Origin: Squalus acanthias
Taxonomy: Eukaryota
Reading direction: 5' to 3'
Length of the DNA stretch: 64,000 nt
NCBI GenBank assembly: GCA_030390025.1
Contig: CM059431.1
Location: forward strand, 143,780,001-143,844,000
Each line of letters begins with the position of its first letter. Positions within the stretch are counted from its first letter, which is position 1. Positions 13,601-24,369 of the stretch are shown piece by piece. The notes below the pieces were generated by a model. It was not told the origin of the DNA, made no database searches, and saw only the letters and a program-made list of their open reading frames with translations. The position numbers were made by a program, and so were the translations under genes.

Positions 13601-15733
13601 TAGGCAATGGCTAACATATAAGGAACAAATGCATGAATTGCAACAGTTATACATTCCTTTCTGGCGCAAAATCACAAAAGGAAAAGCGGCCCAACCATGG
13701 CTAACAAAATAAATTAAGGATAGTATTAGATCCAAAGAGGTGTCATATAAAGTTGCCAGAAAAAGTAGCAAGACTGAGGATTGGGAGCAGTTTAGAGTTC
13801 AGCAAAAAAGGACCAAGAGATTGATTAAGAGGGGAAAAATAAGTATGAGAGTAAACTTGCAAGGAACATAAAAGCGGATTGTAAAAGGTTCTACAAGTAT
13901 GTAAAAAGAAAAAGATTAGTGAAAATAAATGTAGGTCCCTTACAGTCAGAAACGGGAGAAATTATAATGGGGAATATGGAATTGGCGGAGCAATTAAACA
14001 CATACTTTGGTTCTGTCTTCATGGAAGAGGACACAAATAACTTCCCAGAAATGCTACGGAACGAAGGGTCTAGTGAGAAGGAAGAATTAAAGGCAATTAG
14101 CATTAGTAAAAAATAGTGCTGGATAAATTAATGAGACTGAAAGCCAATAAATCCCCAGGGCCTGATAATCTGCATCCCAGAGTACTAATAGAGGCAGCCA
14201 TTGAAATAGTGGATGCATTGGTTGTCATCTTCCAAAATTCTATAGATTATGGAAGAGTTCCTGCAGATTGGAGGGTGGCAAATGTAACCCCACTATTTAA
14301 AAAAGGAGGGAGAGAGAAAACAGGGAACTACAGACCGGATAGCCTAACATCAGTAGTAGGGAAAATGTTAGAGACTATTATAAAGGATGTGATAACTGGA
14401 CACTTAGAAAATATCAACGGGATTAGATAAAGTCAACATGGATTTATGAAAGGGAAATCGTGTTTGACAAACCTACTGGAGATTTTTGAGGATGTAACTG
14501 GTAGAATAAATAAGGGAGAACCAGTGGATGTGGTTAATTTGGATTTTCGGAAGGCCTTTGATAAAGTCCCACATAAGAGGTTAGTGTGCAAAATTAAAGC
14601 ACATGGGATTGGGGGTAATATACTGGCATGGATTAAAAATTGGTTAACAGACAGGAAACAGAGAGTAGAAATAAATGGGTCTTTTTCGGGGTGGCAGGCG
14701 ATGACTAGTGGGGTACCGCAGGGATCAGTGCTTGGGCCCCAGCTATTCACAATATATATCAATGACTTGGATGAGGGAACCAAATGTAATATTTCCAAGT
14801 TTGCTGACGACACAAACCTAAGTGGGATTGTGAGTGGCGAGGAGGATGCAAAGAGGCTTCAAGGCGATTTAGACAAGTTGAGTGAGTGGGCAAATACATG
14901 GCAGATGCAGTATAACGTGGATAAATGTGAAGCTTTCCACTTCGGTAGGAAAAACAGAAAGGCAGAGTATTATTTAAATAGTGATAGATTGGGAAATGTT
15001 GATGTACAAAGGGACCTGGGTGTCCTTGAACACCAGTCACGGAAAGCAAACATGCAGGTGCAGCAAGCAGTTAGGAAGGCAAATGGTATGTTGGCCTTCA
15101 TTGCAAGAGGATTTGAGTACATGAGCAAGGATGTCTTACTGCAGTTGTACAGGGCCTTGGTGAGACCACACCTGGAGTACTGTGTGCAGTTTTGGTATCC
15201 TTACCCAAGAAAGGATATACTTGCCATAGAGGGAGTGCAGCGAAGGTTCACCAGACTGATTCCTGGGATGGCAGGACTGTCGTATGAGGAGAGATTGGGT
15301 CAACTAGGCCTGTATTCACAAGAGTTTAGAAGAATGAGAGGGGATCTCATTGAAACGTTTAAAATTCTGACAGGGCTAGACAGATTGAATGCAGGGAGGA
15401 TGTTTCCCCTGACTGGGGTGTCTACAACGAGGGGTCACAGTCTCAGGATATGGGGTAGGACATTTAAGACTGAGATGAGGAGAAATTTCTTCACTTAGAG
15501 GGTGGTGAACCTGTGGAATTCTCTACCACAGAAGGCTGTGGAGGCCAAGTCACTGCATATATTGAAAGAAGGAGATAGATAGATTTCTAGACACAAAAGG
15601 CATCAAGGGGTATGGGGAGAAAGCGGGAATATGCTATTGAGATAGAGGATCAGCCATGATCATATTGAATGGCGGAGCAGGCTCGGAGGACCAAATTGGC
15701 TACTCCTGCTCCTATTTTTCTGTGTTTCTATGT
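13601..15733 (+). mobile_element. 5'-truncated CR1 LINE inserted in the 61-bp minisatellite
   Basis: ORF2 pieces 13919-14116, 14116-14430 and 14446-15498 contain KSPGPDNLHPRVL, DFRKAFDKVPH, GVPQGSVLGP and KFADD. A CR1-type 3' UTR ends in TTTCTGTGTTTCTATGT. Minisatellite flanks both sides. Confidence 0.95.
14446..15498 (+). pseudogene. CR1 reverse transcriptase, largest open fragment (350 aa)
   Basis: RT motifs QGSVLGP and FADD are present. The upstream part is broken by a stop and a frameshift. Confidence 0.9.
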
Positions 15734-16004
15734 ATCTGAGTCAATGGGACTCTCTCTGACCTTTCTCCTCGGTCCATCTCCAGCACCAGCGTGTATCTGA
15801 GTCAATGGGTCTACCTCCCTCTCCCTTTATGACAGAGGCGGGCTGTGTTTGGCTGTGCGGGGCAGGGCAGGAAGGTTTCTAGCGATAAGTGAGGCATCTT
15901 AATCAGAATATTCAACAATCAGAACCAGCATTAACTGTGGCTCAGTGCAGGAACACTCAGACTGAACTGTCCCCGTGTTGGAGAGCGAGAGACAAGAGGA
16001 TCAC

Positions 16005-18900
16005 ATACATCGGATATACAGGCGCAGTAACAGGCCATTCGGCCCAAACAGGCTATGCCGTCTTTAATGCTCCTCTCGAGCCTCCTCCCGCCTTTCCTCA
16101 TCGAAATCGATCAGCATAACCCTCTATTCCCTTCTCCTACATATGCTTGTCTAGCCTCCCCTTAAATGCCTCTATACTTTTCACTTCAACCACTCCCTGT
16201 GGCAGCGAGTTCCACATTCTCGCCACTCTTTGGGTAAAGAAGTTTTTTTCTTAATTCCATGTTGGATTGCTTGGTGACTATCATTGATTGATGGCCTTTA
16301 GTTATGCTCCTCCCAAAAGAGTGGATACAGAGAGAATGTTTCCACTTTCAAAAGCTTTCATTATTTTAAATACCTCTATTGGGTCACCCCTCAGCCTTCT
16401 TTTTTCAAGGAAAATGAGACCCTGTTCATCCTTTCCTGATATGTATACCCTCGCATTTCTGTTATCATCCTTGTAAATCATCTCTGCACCCTCTCCAGTG
16501 CCTCTATATCCGTTTTATAACATGGCGACCAGAACTGTACGCAGTACTGCAAATGTGGTCTAACCAAGCTTCGATACAGGTTTAGCATAACCTCCTCACT
16601 TTTTAATTCTAATCCTCTAGAAATAAAAAAAGCAAACCAAGAACTAGGGTTTAAGGCCTTGTTAACCAGTGTCGCAACTTCTAGTGATTTGTACTCCTAG
16701 ATCCCTTTGTTCCTCTACCCTCCAAGTGATGTGACCTCACTATTCTTCCTACCAAAATGTAATACCTCCCATTTATTGGTGTTGAACTTCATTTGCCAAT
16801 TATATGCCCATTCAGCAAGTTTATTAATGTCCTCCTGTATCTTGTTGCAGTCCTCCTCAGTAATGACTAACACCCCCCCCCCCCCCAAGTTTGGCATCAA
16901 CTGCAAATTCAGAAATTGTGCTTTTGATTCCCAAGTCTAAATTGTTAATGTAAATTGTGAACAGCATTAGTCCCAGCACTGATCCTTGCAGAACACCACT
17001 TCTGCCACTGTGAATAGCTACCCTTTACTCCTACTCTCTGCTTTCTGTCCTGAAGCCAGCCAGCAATCCATTCTGCTACTTGTCCCATGACTCCGCAGTC
17101 GCTGACCTTGTTCATCAGTCTATTATGGGTACATTATCGAAGGCCTTTTGAAATTCCAGATAAATTACATCTACTGCATTACCATTGTCTACTCTCTCGG
17201 TTACCTCTCCAAAAAATTCAATAAGGTTGGTCAAGCAGGACTTTCCCTTTTGAAACCCATGTTGTATATTAATTATTATTTTTGGTTTCTAGATGTTCTA
17301 TTTTCTCCTTTAGTAGGGATTCCATTATTTTTCCTACCACCAATGTTAAGCTGACTGGTCTATAATTCCCTGGACATGTTCTATCCCCCTTAAGTATTGG
17401 TATTATGTTAGCTATCCGCCAGTCCTCTGGCTCTATACCTTTTTCTAACGAATTATTAAATATGTGTAATAATGCCTCTGCTATCTCTTCCCTAGGATTC
17501 TTTTAAAATGCGTGGATGCAATCCATCCAGACCAGGGATTTTATCCTCTTTGAGTTTGATTAATTTATTTAATATATCACATTTATTATTTTAAATTCAC
17601 TTCTATCATTTCTAATCTCATCATCCAATGTCATGTCCACCTGTTCTATCTCCCTGGGAAATACTGAAGCAAAATAATTATTTAATATTTCTGCCATCTC
17701 TCTATCGTTACCTGTGGTATTGTCCTGACTATCCCTTAATGGCCGTATTCCCATCACAACCTTCAATTTTTTATTGATGTGCCTATAAAATATTTTACTG
17801 TTTGGTCCCTGATAATTTAATTTCATAGTTCCTATTTGCCTCCCGAATTGATTTTTGACTTCTCTCCTAATCTTTTCGTATTCTCTCTTATCATGTACTC
17901 CCCTGCTGTCTATGTACTTAATGTATGCCTCTTTCCTTACCCTCAATTGTGCCCTTATGGCTTCATTCATCCACGGAGTCTCATTATTGTTTAGTTTGTT
18001 CTTTCCTTTTAGTGGAATATATTTTTCCTGCACTCTGTTGAACACCATTTCAAATGTTTCCCATTAATGTTTCCATTTGCTATTCTGCATCGTTGCTTGC
18101 AAATATTGTTGCCCATTTTTGTTTCCCCAAGTTCTATTCTCAGCCCCTCAAAATCAACTTTTACCCAATCTATTAACCTGGTTTTCATCATACTTGTGTC
18201 CTTCTCAATTATCATCTTAAAGCATATTATATTATGGTCACTATTGCCTATATGGTCCCCTACCTTTACTTCTCTTATCTGCTCTGGTTCATTCCCCATT
18301 ACTAGATCCAATATTGAATTCTCCCTGGTTGGGCTTTTTACATATTGGGTTAGAAAGGAGTCCTGTACACATTGTAGGAACTCCATTCCCTTATCCCCTT
18401 CACCTACCTCTTCTGTCCAATTAATATCGGGGTAGTTGAAATTCCCCATGACTATTATTCTGTTTTTTACTCATTTCCCTAATTTGTCTGCATATTTCTT
18501 CCTCCACCTCCTTCCACTATTAGGTGGTCTGTAGACTACGCCTATTAGTGTGATTGATCCTTTATTATATTTTATCTCTATCCATATGGATTCTATTTTG
18601 TCTTGCTGATATCTGCGCCACTTTTATCTACTGCCATTATGTTATCCCTAATAAGTACAGATACTCCACACCCCCTTTATCTTTTCTAAATATGTTATAC
18701 CGTGCAATGTTTAATTCCCAGTCCTGATTTTTCTGTAGCCATGTCTCAGTAATCACGATTATGTTTGGTTCCTCACGACATATGATTGCCTCCAGCTCCC
18801 CTGTTTTATTACGGACACTGTGTGCATTGCTGTACAGACAGTTTAACTCATTTTTAATAGGATTTCCTCTCACTTTATGTTTAACCATTTTACTAAAGTT
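16005..18900 (-). mobile_element. Decayed CR1 spanning most of ORF2 (APE endonuclease to 3' UTR)
   Basis: Minus ORFs read LNCLYSNAHSVRNKTGELEAII...ITETWL, MGNFNYPDINW...LDLVMGN...GNSDHNII, AEILNNYFASVF and WQMKFNTNKWEVLHFGRKN. Confidence 0.92.
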
Positions 18901-19672
18901 AACCAAGACTCTCATCATAGCTCAGTCCCTTCATCTCAGCTCTCACCCTGAACAATTCCAGCCGGACTCCCTCCAGAGCCAATCTGTCCTTCCTGGGACA
19001 GGCGTCCCAAGCTCAACACACCGAGTTCCAGCTCACTGAACAACTGCAGTGACCTCGAGTGTTGTTTAGAGCTGGAATCCAAGGTTCAGTGATTTCTGTA
19101 TCTAGAGTGAACTCCGTGTGACCCTCTCCCAGTCATTCCCTATTCACGCTGTATTCCAGTCTGTAACTCTTCAATCCAGAGTGTATTGTCCCACATTGTG
19201 TTACATTAAACTCCTTCCACAATCCCACCACTGTCTACCTGACCAGCCTAGGATTGGCGGACACTGTGGAGCCCGTGTTCCTGGTCACTCTCGCTCGACC
19301 CCTCTGAACAATGAGAGGGATGGTGGGGAACGGGAGCAGGTTGAGCCGAGGGTCCCAGTGTTGGACAGACCGCCCTCGGTCACTGTCCGAGCGGACACAG
19401 AGAATGGCGATAGCCGCCCGGGAATGGATTGGCCACAGCGGCCCGTGGAACAGAATCTCCCCGGGAGAGCCCGGCTTTAAACGGGTAGAGTAAAGAATCA
19501 ATGCCGAGTGAGACAGAATACAGGTTCAGAGCTCCATTCACATTACCCTGGTCCCCGGGATTCTCCGTCTCTCTGCAAGCTCCGTCTGTGGACATTCACT
19601 GCAGCCAATGGCTGGTTTTCATGGAGCGACTCACAGTTTGATCATTTGAGCTGATCCTTGTTGTTGAGATTT

Positions 19673-20368
19673 GGGCCCGAGTTTCACCCTCTGGTGAAAA
19701 GCCGCTTTCTGCTCGGAGATTCCACTGCGCATGCCCGGGAAACCGGAATTTCCGGTCTGGTGAAAGAAGGGGTTCAAGGGTCAACCGCGTGTGCGGGAGA
19801 AGCTGCGCGCGCGCAGCGAACTTTCGGTTTTTACAGGTTTTGGAGTGAGGGTAAGTCAAGGCCTGCTTTTAACAAGGTAAGTGGGGAATTAACTAAAATT
19901 ATAACATTTTCCCCACAGGTTATCTTTTTTAAATACTTTAACGAAAGGTAAGTTTATTTTTAGCCCCGTTAAAAACTGTAATTAATTTTTTCAAAAATGT
20001 AAATTATTGTTTAAAATAGTTAATTTATGTAATTTATAGTTATTTTAAAAATGTGATTTTAAAAAAAATTTATTTTAAGTTTTACTTAGGTTTTGGGGCC
20101 GATCTCTATTCATAGATTTGACAGGTCTTCCTGTCAAATCTATGAATGGAGATGCCCTGCTCCGATTGGCTCTCCATGGCCCACGTGATCCCAGGGGACG
20201 CTTCGAAGTAACTGCGCCCCTGGGATACGCGAGCACTGTGCGCCGGCAGCTGGAGGAGGCCCAGGATCGGAATCCCACGCGGGCCCACAGCACAACGGCA
20301 GGCGCGCTAGGTAAGTGCAGGTCGGGGGCTTGTACCCGCGAGAAGCCTTCGACCTGAATTTCTGGCCC
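19673..20368. mobile_element. Non-autonomous Harbinger-type element (MITE)
   Basis: Imperfect TIRs are GGGCCCGAGTTTC / GAATTTCTGGCCC. Both subterminal regions resemble the adjacent Harbinger. No clear TWA TSD is visible. Confidence 0.7.
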
Positions 20369-21052
20369 ATCGATCTCACCGGGAGACACCGTCTTTAAAC
20401 AGGGAGATTAAAGTTAGACACTGGACACCGGCTGCAAATTTAAAGGCCCTGAAATTCCGTTCCCCGGGGGTGTGTACGCGCTGTGTACTCACCCTTAGGG
20501 CCAACTGAAGTGCCGCTTTCGCGCAAGCGCTGGAAACCGGAACTTCCGCTCTCTTGAAGGAAGGGATTCACAGGTCAAACGCTTGCGCCGGAGAGGCAGC
20601 GCGTAGACCTGGAACTTCCGTGTTTTTCTCAGTTGGTGCAGTGCGGGTAAGTCCCTAGCAGCTGCGCGTGGAAAAAGCAGGCGTACAGCCTTGGCAGAAG
20701 CTCCTGGACAATCAGGAAGAACTCTTTCAGCAGTGGGGCTACTAAACAGAAAATTTTTAATTGTGAAAGGGAGCAAAGTTCTTTTCAGAAAGTCTGAGGT
20801 AAGTTTCCAACTTTAAAAATTTGTAAAAAACGGGTTTGGACCATGTTTTGAGTTGTGTAGTTATAAGGAGCAACTCTTGCTGCGTGCAAGACCTTATTGA
20901 ATTATATTTTTTCTTAAATGTGAAAATGACTGTTTAAAAATGAATTCTGTAATATTTACAAAAGTTTAAAAGAAGAAAATATCAATTATATTCCTTTAAG
21001 TATGTATGTATGACTTTCTGAAAATGTTAGTTATTGGAAAATCATCTCGGGC

Positions 21053-21188
21053 CGTGATATTCATCAGGCGGGTATGACGTGTGCCCGATCCGATACCGCA
21101 CGTTTCACACCAGAGCCCCACGTGATATTGATCAGGCGGGTATGAGGTGTACCCGATCCGATACCGCACGTTTCACACCAGAGCCCCA
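21053..21188 (+). repeat. 68-bp direct repeat x2 upstream of the transposase
   Basis: CGTGATATT...CACACCAGAGCCCCA occurs at 21053 and 21121 with 3 mismatches. Confidence 0.95.
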
Positions 21189-21295
21189 CTTGATTTTCTA
21201 GCCACTCACTTTATTAAAATTACTTTTACAACTCTTTCCATTTTTTCCTTACAAGTACTTTATCTGTTTAAAGAGGAAGCCTGTGAGGGAGAAAC

Positions 21296-22444
21296 ATGCC
21301 CTTTGAGGATGTTGCCCTGATCCTCGGTGCGATTTTGCTTCAGAGAATTGGAAACGCCAGGGAACAAGAAAGAAGACTGAGGAACCATAACCGTCTCCAG
21401 ATCAGGAGAAACTACTACCCACCCCAGAGAGTGTACAGGGAGAGGCTGTCATTTGAGATGCTGTCGGAGGAGTTGTGTGTGAGGAGGCTGCGCTTCAGTA
21501 AAGAGGCAATCGGCCGACTATGTGACATGTTAAAGGAGGACCTTCAAACACGCTCGAAGACCGTCACTGCCTTGTCAATGAATATGAAGGTAACCACAGC
21601 ACTGAACTTCTTTGCAAGTGGGTCATATCAGTCAAGCACCGGTAACATTACCAACATCTCCAAGAATGCTGCGAGGGCCTGCATTCACCAGGTCACAGTT
21701 GCCATTTTCCGTAGGGCTTCAGAGTTCATTGACTTTGACTTGTCCACTCGCCATCAAAAGGAGATGGCCCTTGCATTTTATAGCATTGCTGGATTCCCCA
21801 AAGTGATTGGGGCCATTGATGGAACCCATGTTGCATTGAAGGCACCACTGGGTGCACCTGTGACATACATCAACAGGAAGGGGTTTCATTCATTGAATGT
21901 CATGATAGTCTGTGATGCGCAACTCAGGATCCTAAATGTGAATGCAGAGCACCGGGGAAGTAATCATGACTCCTTCATCCTCCATAACTCGAACTTATAT
22001 GGCGCCCTCAGCACATTGCCTCCAGGATCCGCATGGATATTGGGCGACAAGGGCTACCCGCTAAGACCATGGCTGATGACTCCCTACCGCAAGATCAATA
22101 ATGAGGCTCAGGAGAGATACAACCGGGCACACGTGTCCACACGGCAAGTGGTGGAGAGGACAATCAGACTTCTGAAATCACACTTCCGGTGCCTGGACAG
22201 GTCAGGGGGGATCTTGCAGTATTCTCCTCAGAAAGTGGCAAAGATTGTGGTGGCCTGTTGTGCTTTGCATAACTTTGCCCTGCGGGAAGGACTGACCCTT
22301 AACCCTGCAGAGGAACTCCCTGCTGAAATGGAGGACATGGACGATGCCGATGTGCCTGTGGCCAGGCCTGATGTGGAGGAGCCAAGTGCTGCTGAAAGTA
22401 AGGCTGCTCGGGTACAGGTAGTAGGCAACACCTTCACGAGGTAG
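21296..22444 (+). CDS. Harbinger DDE transposase (HARBI1-like), 382 aa, intact ORF
   Basis: Catalytic motifs GAIDGTHV, GDKGY and VERTI are present, along with YINRKGFHSLN, GSNHDS and ACCALHN, and an N-terminal RRLRFSK...FFASGSYQ region. Confidence 0.95.
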   Translation: MPFEDVALILGAILLQRIGNAREQERRLRNHNRLQIRRNYYPPQRVYRERLSFEMLSEELCVRRLRFSKEAIGRLCDMLKEDLQTRSKTVTALSMNMKVTTALNFFASGSYQSSTGNITNISKNAARACIHQVTVAIFRRASEFIDFDLSTRHQKEMALAFYSIAGFPKVIGAIDGTHVALKAPLGAPVTYINRKGFHSLNVMIVCDAQLRILNVNAEHRGSNHDSFILHNSNLYGALSTLPPGSAWILGDKGYPLRPWLMTPYRKINNEAQERYNRAHVSTRQVVERTIRLLKSHFRCLDRSGGILQYSPQKVAKIVVACCALHNFALREGLTLNPAEELPAEMEDMDDADVPVARPDVEEPSAAESKAARVQVVGNTFTR

Positions 22445-22970
22445 TGTCGCCTTGTACCTCTCCCTCCCCCAGCAAGGCAAACAAAGGAACAGACACAATT
22501 TAAAGTGAAACAGTGAACTTTTATTGCAGCATCAAAGACTTTTGAGGTTCAGTTTTGATGTACATAGTTTATAACTTTTAAATGTTAACTAGCTATTTTC
22601 TATTTTCAAACATTCGCAAACATAATAGTTTAGAATAAAATTTGTAAACAGTTTAAAGTGACTTTTTTGGTTTCTTAGTGCAATAAAGACATTCAAGATG
22701 GAAACTAGCTATTTTCTAAATTTCAAACAGTTGTAATTTTAAATATTTTTGCAAATAAAAAAAGTTGAATTTTTTTTCAAGGTGACTAGAGGCTGTACTT
22801 TTTAAAGGAAAAGGTTACATACACTTTCAGTCCCAAATATATATTTCAATAAAAAAAGCAACGACAACATTTAACATTTAAATAAAATGAAAAATTAAAC
22901 AATTGAACGATTTGCCCCCTCGCATCTGTGCCTGAGGGTCAAAGGAGGTAGATTGTGCAAAAGGTGACAC

Positions 22971-24055
22971 CTACTGTCTCCTGCGCTTTCCCCCTCCCCG
23001 TGACCGGAGCCCTCTGATGCCAAGTGAAAGGCCCCTGTGTACCATCTCTGGCCCTTCAGCAATTGGCTCGTGACAGGGCTGCTGCTGCTGCTGCTGCAAG
23101 GCAACGTTTGCTTGCATCACGACTGGCGGAGCAGCTGGCTCTTGGGCCCGCACTGTTTCTGCGCTGGGAGCAGGTAAGGGCGGTTCTGCATTCAAGCAAC
23201 TGCAAGAGTCGAACGAGAGACTCATTTATTTGATTAAGCGCCACTGTAACATGATCTTGTTTTTGCAACTGCAATACTATCTGATTAAGCGCCATATTAA
23301 CATCTGGCTTTTGCAACTGCAATACTATCTCATTAAGTGACATGTTAACATCTTTACCAAGATCATCAATTCCCTGCCTGATGAAGGCAAGAGAGTCAAC
23401 TTTCTTCTCAGTAAGAGAACACATCGATTGCCTCAACCCTTCAATCTGTTGCACCTGAGCTTGTAAGTCATTCCGTTCTGTTGAATGTCTTTCTGCTTCT
23501 CCCACCTGCTCTGCAGTATCAGGCTGGTGTCTGTCTGTGGAACAACAGTCATCTGTGCCTGGCACAGAGCCAGAGGGGCCAGGAGATGGAGAGGTACTGT
23601 GCAGCAACCCAGGCTCCATACCCTCCTCTTCCACTAGCTGACAAAGCGCAAATTGCTCCTGCTCCTCCTCCACCTCACTCACTGCTCCCACTGTATCAGT
23701 AACCCCTTCCCCAATGCCCTCTGCGGCCGCAGACTCAACGCACTGCTCATCACGTGTGTCAGAGGTATGCTGTCCACCTGTGGAAAGGAAACATTAAACA
23801 TTTGCAAAGGTAAAGCATGATCTGCCACATCACAGAAGCTGATATTCAACACACACCTAACAGTTTTAAACATATAGCTGGCCAGAGCAACGCACGTTTA
23901 CGTATCCCAATGTCTGATTCTACACCAGCCCAGGGGCACCCGCTACTAAATCCAAACAGCTGCTCGACCCTTTCCTCATGTTTGGATAAATCCCTTAGCG
24001 TGACAACACCACAGCCTGTCAGTGCACGTTCTCTGCCGCTGTGAACAGTTTTACT
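22971..24055 (-). pseudogene. Harbinger Myb/SANT-partner gene: last two exons (24055-23902 and 23777 onward), first exon missing
   Basis: Exon 24055-23902 has acceptor TTTTATTTTAG and donor GTAAAC and encodes SKTVHSGRERALTGCG...LSKHEERVEQLFG. It splices in frame via TTTCCTTTCCACAG (23780-23778) to the acidic/coiled-coil ORF 23056-23691. Confidence 0.75.
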
Positions 24056-24301
24056 CTAAAATAAAATGCACACCGGCAGCTGGAGGAGGCCCAGGATCGG
24101 AATTCCACGCGGGCCCACAGCACAACGGCAGGCATGCTAGGTAAGTGCAGGTCAGGGGCTTGCACCCGCGGGAAGCCTCCGACCTGAATTTCTGGGTGCG
24201 AGTGTTTGTAAACTCATTGCCACCAATCAGGAGGCTGTTCCTGGTTTTCTTCCTGCCAATCACAGTTTGGTAATTGGAGCTGATCCTTGTTATTTGAGAT
24301 T

Positions 24302-24369
24302 TGATGCGGAGATGCCGGTGTTGGACTGGGGTGGACAAATGTGAGAAGTCGCACAACACCAGGTTATAG
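24302..24369 (-). mobile_element. Fragment of a Penelope-like terminal repeat; target of the Tx1 array
   Basis: GATGCCGGTGTTGGACTGGGGTGGACAAATGTGAGAAGTCGCACAACACCAGGTTATAG continues at 31535 as TCCAACAGTTTTATTTGAAATCACAAGCTTTCGGAGC. I recall this as the antisense of a common shark Penelope-like repeat (AATAAA and CCGAAAGC on the minus strand). Confidence 0.6.

Larger units (their letters stand above)
20444..24196 (+). mobile_element. PIF/Harbinger DNA transposon, internally deleted
   Basis: The left end is TAA|AGGCCCTGAAATTCC and the right end is GAATTTCTGGG (24186-24196). It contains convergent transposase and Myb-partner genes. Confidence 0.85.

Noticed and set aside
21296..22444. Domesticated host gene HARBI1 or a bacterial IS5 transposase
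   Set aside because: It lies between TIR-like ends beside a convergent spliced partner gene, which is the layout of a Harbinger transposon. No gene symbol was assigned.
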